A stretch of DNA of 15,369 nt from the IMG/VR virus record IMGVR_UViG_2740892432_000001. One strand, 5' to 3'. Positions 1-8,947 of this stretch are shown here, piece by piece (position 1 is the first letter of the stretch; each line of letters opens with the position of its first letter). The position numbers and the translations under genes were made by a program. Under the pieces are notes generated by a model. It made no database searches. It was given only the letters and a program-made list of their open reading frames with translations, and was not told the origin of the DNA. The stretch comes from a virus. Lineage: Duplodnaviria; Heunggongvirae; Uroviricota; Caudoviricetes.

Positions 1-12
1 TGTCCATATTAC

Positions 13-801
13 GTGGGTAGGATCAAGATAGTCTATCGCCCATTACAAGAATTGTCACCGTATGCGCACAACGCCAGGACGCACAGTACTGAGCAGGTGG
101 CACAACTGGTAGAAAGTATTAAGCAATTCGGCTGGACTAATCCGGTGCTGATTGACGAAAAGGGCGAAATTATTGCGGGTCACGGTCGTGTTATGGCGGC
201 TGAAATGCTCAAAATGGATTCTGTTCCGGTCATTGTTCTGTCTGGCCTGACGGATGAGCAGAAAAAGGCGTACCGCCTGGCAGATAATCGCCTGCCGATG
301 AATGCTGGCTGGGATGAAGATCTGTTGCGGATGGAGCTGTCGGACCTAATCAATGCTGATTTTGATGTCTCCCTGACAGGCTTCATCCCGACAGAAATTG
401 ATGAACTGTTGACGGATGTTTTGCCCGGTACAGGAAATGAGGAGGAGCCGTATACGACGAAAATTGATACGCCTGTTTATGAGCCGTCGGGCGGTAAACC
501 GGATATCAGTGAACTGTACGACGATACGAAAACTCAGGAGCTGATCAGCCGGATACGTTCGGCGTCCCTTGAGCCTGATATTGAGAAATTCCTCCTGTGT
601 GCGGCAGAACGTCACACGGTGTTTAATTTCAGCAGAATTGCGGACTATTACGCTCACGCCCCCTCTGAAATTCAGTGTTTTTTCGAGGAGTCGGCGCTGG
701 TGATCATTGATTATCAGCAGGCTATTGAAAATGGATTTGTCCGGATGACGCAGCGCATGGTGGAGATCATGCATGGTGGTGAGGAGGAGGAATATGCGTG
801 A
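13..801 (+). CDS. ParB-like nuclease domain (ParB-N/sulfiredoxin fold) protein with an uncharacterised C-terminal domain; may be 5'-incomplete, since the frame is open to the window edge and the first in-window start is GTG at 13
   Basis: N-terminal ~100 aa (IKIVYRPLQELSPYAHNARTHS...IIAGHGRVMAAEML...AYRLADNRL) matches the ParB N-terminal domain pattern, including a GxGR-like motif. The C-terminal ~130 aa has no motif I recognise. Position just upstream of the terminase genes is common for ParB-like and HNH proteins in phages. Confidence 0.7.
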   Translation: MGRIKIVYRPLQELSPYAHNARTHSTEQVAQLVESIKQFGWTNPVLIDEKGEIIAGHGRVMAAEMLKMDSVPVIVLSGLTDEQKKAYRLADNRLPMNAGWDEDLLRMELSDLINADFDVSLTGFIPTEIDELLTDVLPGTGNEEEPYTTKIDTPVYEPSGGKPDISELYDDTKTQELISRIRSASLEPDIEKFLLCAAERHTVFNFSRIADYYAHAPSEIQCFFEESALVIIDYQQAIENGFVRMTQRMVEIMHGGEEEEYA

Positions 802-1726
802 TGATTTTTGCGCCTTTATTCTGACTCACGGGCGACCGGACAAAGTTCTGACTTACCGGACGTTGCGTCGTGCTGGCTATACCGGGAAAATTTTTATCGT
901 TGTTGATGATGAAGATAAGACACGGCATCAGTACATGGCTGAATTTGGTGAACAGGTGCTGGTGTTTTCCAAAGCCGATATCGCCAGTCGTTTTGACGAA
1001 GTCGATAATTTCTGTGACCGCCGCTCAATTTTTTACGCCCGTAATGCCTGTTTCGACCTGGCAAAACTGGTCGGGTGTAAATACTTCATTCAGCTCGATG
1101 ATGATTATCACGAGTTCCAGTTTCGGGTGGATCGCAACTATGACCAGGCCTATTTTCCGATAAGGAAACTGGATGCGATCCTTTCTGAAATGCTGGCGTA
1201 CTACGAATCAATACCTGCTCTTTCCATCGCTATGTCGCAGGGCGGGGATTTTCTTGGTGACAATGGCGGCCATGCTTCGTGGGTGAAACGCAAGGCAATG
1301 AACAGCTTTATCTGTTCGGTTGATCGACCGTTCTCATTCATGGGGCGCATTAACGAGGATGTGAATACGTACACGAATCTCGGTCGCTGTGGTGAATTGT
1401 TTATGACGATCGGTGCTGTCCAGTTAGGGCAGAAACAGACGCAGAAAAACAGCGGCGGAATGACCGAGCTGTATCTGGATTCCGGAACCTACGTTAAAAG
1501 TTTTTACTCCGTCATGTATGCGCCGTCGTGCGTAAAAATCTCACTGATGGGTGCCAGCCATAAACGCATTCACCATCAGGTCACCTGGAACAACGCTGCA
1601 GTAAAAATCCTTCACGAAAAATACAGGAAGAAGACACCCTGCATATCAATGGGGGTGACAAATGATTCCGTATTCGAAAGTCGAGTCTCTGGCAGCGTGC
1701 CGGATGACTGCACAACAAATCGCTGA
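794..1726 (+). CDS. Putative GT-A fold (GT2-like) glycosyltransferase, apparently cytoplasmic; target unknown
   Basis: ORF 773..1726 in the track. Preferred start is ATG 794, preceded by GGAGGAGGAA at 781-790. It has the GT2 N-terminal pattern (FILTHGRP ... KIFIVVDDEDKT) and a DxD-like motif (FIQLDDDY) about 100 aa in. No obvious transmembrane stretch. Family assignment is by motif only. Confidence 0.5.
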   Translation: MRDDFCAFILTHGRPDKVLTYRTLRRAGYTGKIFIVVDDEDKTRHQYMAEFGEQVLVFSKADIASRFDEVDNFCDRRSIFYARNACFDLAKLVGCKYFIQLDDDYHEFQFRVDRNYDQAYFPIRKLDAILSEMLAYYESIPALSIAMSQGGDFLGDNGGHASWVKRKAMNSFICSVDRPFSFMGRINEDVNTYTNLGRCGELFMTIGAVQLGQKQTQKNSGGMTELYLDSGTYVKSFYSVMYAPSCVKISLMGASHKRIHHQVTWNNAAVKILHEKYRKKTPCISMGVTNDSVFESRVSGSVPDDCTTNR

Positions 1727-1913
1727 CGTTCTGGATGTTGATCTGAACCGACTGAAAGAAAATCGGGAAGCAATGACAGATTTTTATGCGGCCATCCGTA
1801 AGGGCAGAGCGAAAGGTGAAGCCGAGTTACGAGCGGCATTGTTTAAGCTTGCCAGAAAAGGGGATGCCTTTGCTCTGCGCGAACTACTCAGGGTGGATAA
1901 AAATCAGGACTAA
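1662..1913 (+). CDS. Small helix-turn-helix protein upstream of the terminase; possible packaging-associated DNA-binding protein
   Basis: 83-aa ORF with a G-rich RBS (GGGGGTGA) before ATG 1662. Contains an HTH-like segment (MTAQQIADVLDVDLNRL). Overlaps the 3' end of the glycosyltransferase-like ORF by 65 nt. Confidence 0.45.
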   Translation: MIPYSKVESLAACRMTAQQIADVLDVDLNRLKENREAMTDFYAAIRKGRAKGEAELRAALFKLARKGDAFALRELLRVDKNQD

Positions 1914-1916
1914 CTG

Positions 1917-3011
1917 ATGAGCAGACCGGACTGGGGGGCGTTGCAGCAGGAGTATATTGCTGAATACACCCGCTCCGGTATATCTCCGGTGGCATGGTGT
2001 GAAGCAAGGGGACTGAATTACGCAACAGCCCGTCGTTACATCAAAAAAACTCCGAAAAATGCGCAGACAGAAATGTGCAAAACTGCGCAAAAAAGTGCGC
2101 AGAAAAAATCTGCGCAGACTGCACAAAAGCGGAACGAAAAATCTCAGGAAAAAAAGCCAGTATTCGATGCGGGCCTGAATGAGGGCGACGCGGAGGAATT
2201 TTCGTTCTGTCCCGATGAATTCGGCATTTCTGACCAGCAGGCTAAGTTTGCGATGCTTGTTGCTCAGGGTAAAAAGCCGACAGAGGCGTACCGACTAGCC
2301 GGTTATGAGGGGCAAGGTGCGACAGCTAACAGCAACGCCAGTCGTATGCTTAGAAATGCCAGGGTTTTTCGCGCTATCAGCTACTTCCGCAATCAGTACC
2401 AGAAACGCTATACCGCAGACCTGGATTTACTAGTGAGTCAGTTGATGGCTATTGTCCTGGCCGACCCCAATCAGCTTGCACAATTTCGCCGTGTTAACTG
2501 CCGTTATTGCTGGGGCGAGAATCATCTCTACCAGTGGCGCGATATAGCAGAATTCGACAAGGCAGCGGCGCAGGCTTCCAGAGATGGCAAACCCGAACCG
2601 GAATATGGAGGCCTCGGCTTTGTTGATAACGCCATACCCAATCCGGACTGCCCGAAGTGCTGCGGTGAGGGAACGGGACAGCTTTATATGGCTGATACCA
2701 CTCTGCTTGATGGGGATGCGCGGCAATTATATGCAGGGGCAAAATTCGGAAAATTCGGCGTTGAGATCCTGCTGGAGGATAAGGCTGCCGCCCGGCGTGA
2801 ATTGTTGCGTTTGTTTTCTGCTGGCGGGGCTTTATGTGCAGATAAACGGCTACAGGAACTGGAAATTGAACGGCGCAGAATGGAAAACCAGAAGCTGCGC
2901 AAAGAGATCGAAACGGTGGAAGATAATGAACATCCCCAGCCTGTGGCGATCAATATTAATGTGGTTGATGCCAGAGTAAGGAGTGATGAAGATGATCTCT
3001 CCGACGCTTAA
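1917..3011 (+). CDS. Terminase small subunit (TerS) with N-terminal HTH, low-complexity AQ/K linker and C-terminal Cys4 zinc-ribbon-like motif
   Basis: AGGA RBS before ATG 1917. Central segment (FAMLVAQGKKPTEAYRLAGYEG...ANSNASRMLRNARVFRAISYF) matches the terminase small subunit signature of the Terminase_2 type. Has CRYC...CPKCC cysteine pairs. Lies immediately upstream of and overlapping the large subunit. Confidence 0.7.
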   Translation: MSRPDWGALQQEYIAEYTRSGISPVAWCEARGLNYATARRYIKKTPKNAQTEMCKTAQKSAQKKSAQTAQKRNEKSQEKKPVFDAGLNEGDAEEFSFCPDEFGISDQQAKFAMLVAQGKKPTEAYRLAGYEGQGATANSNASRMLRNARVFRAISYFRNQYQKRYTADLDLLVSQLMAIVLADPNQLAQFRRVNCRYCWGENHLYQWRDIAEFDKAAAQASRDGKPEPEYGGLGFVDNAIPNPDCPKCCGEGTGQLYMADTTLLDGDARQLYAGAKFGKFGVEILLEDKAAARRELLRLFSAGGALCADKRLQELEIERRRMENQKLRKEIETVEDNEHPQPVAININVVDARVRSDEDDLSDA

Positions 3012-4293
3012 TGTGCCTCAGGCGCGATTTCTTTCAATGCCCCATAAATTTAAAGCCTATATTGCTGGTTTTGGCTCGGGCAAAACATGGGTTGGGTGTG
3101 GCGGCATATGCAAGGGGATTTGGGAGCATCCAGGTATAAATCAGGGATATTTTGCGCCAACGTATCCCCAAATTCGCGATATTTTTTACCCTACAGTGGA
3201 AGAAGTTGCTGCTGACTGGGGATTGAACGTAAAAATTAATGAGGGAAATAAAGAGGTTCACTTTTATTACGGACGCCAGTATCGGGGAACCACTATCTGC
3301 AGATCGATGGAGAAGCCACAAACGATCGTCGGTTTCAAAATTGGTAATGCGTTGGTGGATGAACTGGACATTTTGCCGAAGGAAAAAGCCAGAACGGCGT
3401 GGCGCAAGATAATTGCACGTATGCGTTATAAGATTGATGGACTTCGCAACGGTATTGACGTTACAACCACGCCGGAAGGATTCAAATTTGTCTACGAGCA
3501 GTTTGTTAAAGCCGTGCGTGAAAAAACAGAGCTGGCCTCACTGTATGGTCTGGTGCAGGCATCTACTTTCGATAATGAAAAGAACCTGCCAGCAGATTAC
3601 ATTCCTTCGCTTCTTGAATCATACCCTCCAGAGCTGATTAAAGCCTATCTTCGAGGACAGTTTACTAACCTGACAAGTGGTACTGTTTACCATCAGTTTG
3701 ACCGGAAACTGAATAATTGCGAAGAAGTGGAGCAGCCAGGGGAGCCGATTTATATTGGGATGGATTTTAACGTTGGAAAGATGGCGGGAATCGTCCATGT
3801 GCTGCGTTTGGGGCTTCCATGTGCGGTAACTGAAATCATCAATGCCTACGATACGCCGGATATGATCCGCATCATTAAAGAACGCTTCTGGCTGTATGAT
3901 GGGAATGATTACCGGAAAGTGAGGGAAATTTATATTTATCCAGATGCTTCCGGGGATTCCAGAAAATCAAGTAACGCAAGTACGACGGATATAGCCCAGC
4001 TTAAGCAGGCTGGTTTTAACGTTGTGGTGAACAGCTCGAACCCGCCAGTAAAAGATCGCGTTAACTCAATGAATGCAATGTTCTGCAATGCCAATGGTGA
4101 GCGTCGCTATAAAGTTAATGTGAAGCGTTGCCCGTTATATGCCGAATCTCTGGAGCAACAGGTCTGGGATGAGAAGGGGGAGCCTGATAAAAAATCTGGC
4201 AATGATCACCCGAATGATGCCGGAGGTTATTTCATCGTTAAGCAATTCCCTATTGTCAAACCGACCGGAAGAGTCACATCACTTCGGATTTAA
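2992..4293 (+). CDS. Terminase large subunit (TerL), ATPase/nuclease
   Basis: Walker A-like GFGSGKTW near the N-terminus; size and position are typical. The track ORF starts at GTG 2983. I prefer ATG 2992, 8 nt after the TAAGGAG RBS at 2977-2983, though 2983 or 2986 are possible. It overlaps the TerS stop. Confidence 0.8.
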   Translation: MISPTLNVPQARFLSMPHKFKAYIAGFGSGKTWVGCGGICKGIWEHPGINQGYFAPTYPQIRDIFYPTVEEVAADWGLNVKINEGNKEVHFYYGRQYRGTTICRSMEKPQTIVGFKIGNALVDELDILPKEKARTAWRKIIARMRYKIDGLRNGIDVTTTPEGFKFVYEQFVKAVREKTELASLYGLVQASTFDNEKNLPADYIPSLLESYPPELIKAYLRGQFTNLTSGTVYHQFDRKLNNCEEVEQPGEPIYIGMDFNVGKMAGIVHVLRLGLPCAVTEIINAYDTPDMIRIIKERFWLYDGNDYRKVREIYIYPDASGDSRKSSNASTTDIAQLKQAGFNVVVNSSNPPVKDRVNSMNAMFCNANGERRYKVNVKRCPLYAESLEQQVWDEKGEPDKKSGNDHPNDAGGYFIVKQFPIVKPTGRVTSLRI

Positions 4294-4295
4294 TT

Positions 4296-5702
4296 ATGGC
4301 TGATATATCAACACCCAACCTCGACTATAACGATATGCTGGAGGCGTGGGATATTAACGACGCACTGATGGGCGGTACGCTTGAAATGCGCAGGCAGGGG
4401 GAAAATTATCTCCCAAAATGGCCTAACGAAGATGAAGACGCTTATAAAAAACGCCTGTCTGTGGCTACGCTACTTCCTGTGTATGAAGAAAGCATCAAGC
4501 AAAATATTGGGCGCATATTTGCAGAGCCGACAGTATTGAGTGAGGAAACGCCGGCAAAAATCAGGGAATATGCAGAAAATATCGACATGGAGGGGAGCCG
4601 ACTGGATGTGTGGGCGCAGCAATTTTTCAGCCTCGCATTTCAGTATGGTGTGGCACATGCGCTGGTGGACTATCCACGAACGGATATGAAAGAGATTCGG
4701 ACAAAAGCCGATGAAAACGCGACCGGTGGTCGTCCGTACGTTACGATGCTGAATCCACGCCAGGTTATTGGATGGAAATCGAAAGTTGAAAAAGGGAAAG
4801 TTGTTCTCACTGATTTGCGTATAAAAGAGGTCATCATTATTGATGGTGATGATTTCGGGCAGAAGAAGGTGGAGCAGATCCGCCATATTATGCCCCGTCG
4901 AGTTGAAATTTATCGACGTAGCGAAGGCACTAATGGCGAATCTGTCTGGACGCTTCATGAGTCATGGAATACCAGCCGTGATGATATTCCTCTGGTAACA
5001 CTGTACACGAAGAAAACAGGATTTATGCGTGGTACACCGCCATTGCTTAATCTTGGCTTGCTGAATATCAAGCACTGGCAAAGCCAGAGCGAGCAGGACA
5101 ATATTCTTCATGTTGCCCGCGTTCCATTGCTGGTGGCCTACGGGCTGGACAGGAATGAAGAACTGACGGTTGGTGCATCCACCGCTACGATTTTTGAGGA
5201 CAGAACAAAAAATGGCCTCGAATATGTTGAACATAGTGGCGCAGCGATAGAATCTGGCGAAACATCACTTGAGAAGCTGGAAAATCAGATGCGTCATGCC
5301 GGCGCTAAACTTCTGCGTGCTGAAAATACATCCACCAAATCTGTTGATCAGACTAATGAAGAGCGAATGCAGGAAAACTCGCCGCTTTATACAATGGCGA
5401 ACTCCCTCGAAGATGCCCTCGATAATATTCTCCAGATAATGGCGGAATGGATCGGAGAGAGTTGCGGTGGCAATGTGGATGTGCGCACTGAACTGGATGT
5501 ATCTGCCCAGGTGTTTGACTCATCCTCCGCGCTGGCTGTTCAGTCATTGCGTCAGGGCGGTGATATACGTCAGATTGATGCGGTTCGGGTGTTGCAGGCG
5601 TTGAAATTTATCGATCAGGATTCCCGTCCAGAGGAAGTGATCGATGAATTAAAAAATCAGAGTGTAATGCTGATGGAAATCAATGATGCAAACCGTGAAT
5701 GA
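4296..5702 (+). CDS. Portal protein
   Basis: 468-aa ORF starting 2 nt after the TerL stop. Size and conserved position (TerL, portal, minor head protein) support the call. No specific motif verified. Confidence 0.65.
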   Translation: MADISTPNLDYNDMLEAWDINDALMGGTLEMRRQGENYLPKWPNEDEDAYKKRLSVATLLPVYEESIKQNIGRIFAEPTVLSEETPAKIREYAENIDMEGSRLDVWAQQFFSLAFQYGVAHALVDYPRTDMKEIRTKADENATGGRPYVTMLNPRQVIGWKSKVEKGKVVLTDLRIKEVIIIDGDDFGQKKVEQIRHIMPRRVEIYRRSEGTNGESVWTLHESWNTSRDDIPLVTLYTKKTGFMRGTPPLLNLGLLNIKHWQSQSEQDNILHVARVPLLVAYGLDRNEELTVGASTATIFEDRTKNGLEYVEHSGAAIESGETSLEKLENQMRHAGAKLLRAENTSTKSVDQTNEERMQENSPLYTMANSLEDALDNILQIMAEWIGESCGGNVDVRTELDVSAQVFDSSSALAVQSLRQGGDIRQIDAVRVLQALKFIDQDSRPEEVIDELKNQSVMLMEINDANRE

Positions 5703-6798
5703 ACGGCTGCGTGATGAATCAATTGCTCATGCAGTCTGGATATCCCGCTATAGCACTGGCGTGGCTGCCAGAATGGTGAAAATACTGAATGACAGCGATG
5801 CGGAACTTACTGCTCGCCTGCTGATAGCACTGGACAGCCTCGATCCAGGTAATTTTACCGTTAAGCGCCTGGAGTCACTTCTGGCGAGCGTCAGAGAGGT
5901 TAACCGCACTGCTATTAACAGCATGTTTACCAGTCTCTCCGGAGAGCTGAACGAGCTGGCAATTTATGAGGCTGGTTATCAGTTAAGTCTGTTTGATTCT
6001 ATGCTACCTGATTTTGTTGCTGATGTTCACCCTCTGGTTGGTATCTCTCCTGATGCACTTTATGCCGCTGCAATGGCGCGACCATTCCAGGGACGACTGC
6101 TCAGTGAGTGGGCCTCAGATCTTGAGGCGGATCGGCTCAGACGCATAACAAATACAGTGCGTCAGGGTTTTTTGCTGGGGGATACCAATGAGCAGATCGC
6201 AAGAAAAATTCGGGGACATGTCAGTAAGGGATTTCAGGATGGTGCATTGCAGATGAGCCGGGCTAATGCGGCCAGCATTGCAAAAACAGCGGTTGGACAT
6301 CTTGCTGCTACTGCCCGTGAGAGTTTTGCCAGCGCGAATAATGATTTGATTAAGGGTAAGCAATGGTTATCAACGCTTGATAATCGTACTACGCCACAAT
6401 GTCGAATCAGGGATCGCCTCAAATATACGCTGAATAATAAACCTGTAGGTCACAGCGTGCCTTATTTGCAGGGGCCGGGAAAAATTCATTTCTGCTGCCG
6501 CTCAACGGAAACGTTCATTCTGAAATCAGCGAAGGAACTGGGTATTGATGTTCGCGATATTTCCCCGGCTGAGCGGGCCAGCATGGATGGCGTGGTGGCC
6601 GGAGATACAACCTACAGGGAATGGTTTTTGCGTCAGCCTTACACCAGACAAAAACAGATTGTGGGGGAAACCCGAGCAAAGCTGATTCGGGATGGTGGTA
6701 TGTCGCCAGATGAATTTTACACCGATAAAGGCGAATGGCTGACGCTGAAGCAGCTCCGTGAGCGTGATGCACAGGTATTCAGAAAAGCAGGGATTTAA
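5683..6798 (+). CDS. Head morphogenesis / minor head protein (Mu gpF / SPP1 gp7-like)
   Basis: 371-aa ORF overlapping the portal stop by 20 nt. Position directly after the portal and overall composition are typical of the Mu F-like family. Followed by an intrinsic terminator. Confidence 0.6.
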   Translation: MMQTVNERLRDESIAHAVWISRYSTGVAARMVKILNDSDAELTARLLIALDSLDPGNFTVKRLESLLASVREVNRTAINSMFTSLSGELNELAIYEAGYQLSLFDSMLPDFVADVHPLVGISPDALYAAAMARPFQGRLLSEWASDLEADRLRRITNTVRQGFLLGDTNEQIARKIRGHVSKGFQDGALQMSRANAASIAKTAVGHLAATARESFASANNDLIKGKQWLSTLDNRTTPQCRIRDRLKYTLNNKPVGHSVPYLQGPGKIHFCCRSTETFILKSAKELGIDVRDISPAERASMDGVVAGDTTYREWFLRQPYTRQKQIVGETRAKLIRDGGMSPDEFYTDKGEWLTLKQLRERDAQVFRKAGI

Positions 6799-6817
6799 AT
6801 AAATCATTTATTACAAC

Positions 6818-6843
6818 AGGCTACCTTCGGGTGGCCTTTTTTA
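6818..6843 (+). terminator. Rho-independent terminator after the head morphogenesis gene
   Basis: AGGCTACC-TTCG-GGTGGCCT stem-loop (one G-U pair) followed by a T6 run, directly after the stop codon at 6798. Confidence 0.6.
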
Positions 6844-6902
6844 TTGCTGCGATCCGGATGGTGAGCAGCGTAACTGTCGGAAGACTTAAACCAGGTACTA
6901 AT

Positions 6903-7667
6903 ATGAAACTGAAAACGGTCGAGATTAACGGAAAACAATACGCAGAAATTGATACTGCTGGCCTGCCAGTTTATGTGCACGACGATGGTAAAGAAATTGG
7001 CTTCGATGCACCGCTGGCGACAAAAAAAATTACAGAGCTTAATGGCGAGGCAAAAAATCATCGCCTGGCTAAAGAAGCTGCAGAGGAAAAACTGGCTAAG
7101 TTTGCCGCTATCGAAGACCCGAAGAAGGCGATCGAGGCACTGGAAATGCTGTCAAAAATCGACCAGAAAAAGCTGCTCGATGCGGGACAGGTTGACCAGG
7201 TTAAGGCAGAAATTACGAAAAATTTTCAGCAGCAATTAGATGAAGAAAAGCAACGCTCTCAGATGCTGGAGAAGCAGCTTTACGATTCTATGATTGGCGG
7301 TAGTTTTGCGGGTTCAAAATATATTGCCGATAAAATTGCGATCCCGGCAGATTTATTACAAGCCCGCTTCGGGCAGGCATTCAAAGTGGAAGAAGGGAGG
7401 ATCGTTGCTTATGACGCTTCCGGCAACAAAATTTATTCCCGCGCGAAGCCTGGCGAACTGGCGCAGTTTGATGAGGCGCTGGAGTTCCTTGTCGAAAATT
7501 ACCCTCAGAAAGACTACATCCTGAAAGCCAGTGGCAACAATGGCGGCGGCTCCCGTCCGACACAGCATGATATTGGTCAGAAAACGATGAAACGCTCTGC
7601 TTTTGATGCACTGGATGTTGCAGGTAAGCAAAACGCATTGAAAGACGGTATCACAATCGTTGATTAA
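6903..7667 (+). CDS. Putative scaffolding protein
   Basis: Track ORF 6831..7667 begins with GTG inside the terminator. I prefer ATG 6903 (MKLKTVEINGK...). The product is charged, K/E/Q-rich and predicted helical, and sits between the minor head protein and the major capsid protein. Confidence 0.5.
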   Translation: MKLKTVEINGKQYAEIDTAGLPVYVHDDGKEIGFDAPLATKKITELNGEAKNHRLAKEAAEEKLAKFAAIEDPKKAIEALEMLSKIDQKKLLDAGQVDQVKAEITKNFQQQLDEEKQRSQMLEKQLYDSMIGGSFAGSKYIADKIAIPADLLQARFGQAFKVEEGRIVAYDASGNKIYSRAKPGELAQFDEALEFLVENYPQKDYILKASGNNGGGSRPTQHDIGQKTMKRSAFDALDVAGKQNALKDGITIVD

Positions 7668-7765
7668 CACATTTGTCAGCTTCCGGATGGGAGCTGGTGT
7701 CAGGGCTGGATAGCTCATTACTCCATCTATTCACAATTACGCAAATTTTTAAGGAATATTTAATT

Positions 7766-8905
7766 ATGGCTGGAAATACCCTGACCGGGTTGATCCCGAC
7801 TATTTATACCGCCCTGGATGTTGTATCCCGTGAGCAGGTAGGTTTTATCCCTGCGGTAGCAAAAAACGCAAAAGCTGACGCCGCAGCAAAAGATCAAACG
7901 GTAACCGCGCCAGTTGCGCCTGAGGCGAAAACCGAAGATATCGTACCGGGGCCGTCAGCTCCGAATACCGGTGATCAAAATATTGGCACTGTTGATGTAA
8001 AAATTACTAAATCCAAAATGGCACCGGTTAAATGGAATGGTGAAGAACAACTGGCTCTTGGCCCTTCAGGGACTTACAACACCATTCTGGCTGATCAGTT
8101 CAAGCAGGCTTTTCGCGCCCTTGCAAACGAGGTTGAGGCTGATCTTGGTGCGTTGTATTTCGGTGCTTCCCGCGCCGTGGGAACCGCAGGGACAACGCCG
8201 TTTGGTGTTAAAGATGATCTTTCTGATGCTGCTCTGGCTCGTCAGGTTCTGGAGGATAACGGCGCACCGACAACCGATCTGCAGATGGTGCTTGGCTCCA
8301 CTGCCATTGCTAATTTGCGCGGAAAACAGTCTGTATTATTTAAAGTGAATGAATCCGGCACTGAACAGCTACTGCGTGAGGGCGTGTTGGGGCGTCTGGA
8401 GGGATTCAATATTCACAGTTCGGCAGGTGTGAAACGAGCGCCAAAGGTTGCTGCAACTGGTTATCTCGTGAATGGAGAGAAAAAAGAAGGCGATGTTCTT
8501 ATTTCCATTGATACTGGTTCGGGGAGTATTTCTGCAGGTCAGATTGTTACGTTCGCTGGTGATCCGAATCAGTATGTTGTGGCAGCAGCGACCAGCAATC
8601 TGATTACTCTTGCAGCGCCCGGACTGCGTCAGGATCTGGCCGATGATACTGCCATCACAGTTGTTGGGGCCTTTACTGCAAATATGGCGTTTGATCGCAA
8701 CGCGTTTCTGCTGGCATCCCGTACTCCGGCAATGCCGGAAGGTGGCGATAATGCTGATGATGTAATGAATGTTACGGACCCGATTTCAGGGATTACGTTC
8801 CAGATTGCACTGTATCGTCAGTATCGCCAGGTGCGCTATGAAGTTGGACTGGCATGGGGTGTTTCATCAGTGAAGCCGGCACATGGTTGTCTGATTCTTG
8901 GTTAA
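7766..8905 (+). CDS. Major capsid protein
   Basis: Track ORF 7673..8905. Preferred start is ATG 7766 with an AAGGA RBS (MAGNTLTGLIPTIYTALDV...). About 380 aa, directly after the scaffold gene and followed by a strong terminator, the usual arrangement for a highly expressed coat gene. Confidence 0.7.
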   Translation: MAGNTLTGLIPTIYTALDVVSREQVGFIPAVAKNAKADAAAKDQTVTAPVAPEAKTEDIVPGPSAPNTGDQNIGTVDVKITKSKMAPVKWNGEEQLALGPSGTYNTILADQFKQAFRALANEVEADLGALYFGASRAVGTAGTTPFGVKDDLSDAALARQVLEDNGAPTTDLQMVLGSTAIANLRGKQSVLFKVNESGTEQLLREGVLGRLEGFNIHSSAGVKRAPKVAATGYLVNGEKKEGDVLISIDTGSGSISAGQIVTFAGDPNQYVVAAATSNLITLAAPGLRQDLADDTAITVVGAFTANMAFDRNAFLLASRTPAMPEGGDNADDVMNVTDPISGITFQIALYRQYRQVRYEVGLAWGVSSVKPAHGCLILG

Positions 8906-8915
8906 ACATTCAAAC

Positions 8916-8936
8916 GGGGCTTCGGCCCCATTTTTA
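8916..8936 (+). terminator. Rho-independent terminator after the major capsid gene
   Basis: GGGGC-TTCG-GCCCC hairpin followed by ATTTTT, 10 nt after the capsid stop codon. Confidence 0.7.
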
Positions 8937-8947
8937 ATGGGGGGCAT

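Noticed and set aside
180-774. Minus-strand ORFs 180..386 and 346..774 (68 and 142 aa)
   Set aside because: They lie entirely inside the ParB-like + strand gene, have no RBS or recognisable motifs, and show the R/S/L-rich composition typical of antisense shadow ORFs.
870-1163. Plus-strand 97-aa ORF in an alternative frame inside the glycosyltransferase-like gene
   Set aside because: Out-of-frame overlap with a gene that has clear family motifs; no independent start signal.
1884-3321. Several minus-strand and alternate-frame ORFs overlapping the TerS and TerL genes (1884..2126, 2430..2742, 2584..2979, 2684..2953, 3034..3321)
   Set aside because: All are nested in or antisense to the terminase genes, with arginine/serine-rich low-complexity translations. 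Judged spurious.
4470-7718. Minus-strand ORFs antisense to the portal, minor head and scaffold genes, and the + strand alternate-frame ORFs 6949..7239 and 7294..7524
   Set aside because: Complete overlap with well-supported structural genes; no motifs or translation signals.
8037-8348. Plus-strand 103-aa alternate-frame ORF inside the major capsid gene
   Set aside because: Embedded out of frame in the capsid gene; hydrophobic nonsense-like sequence.
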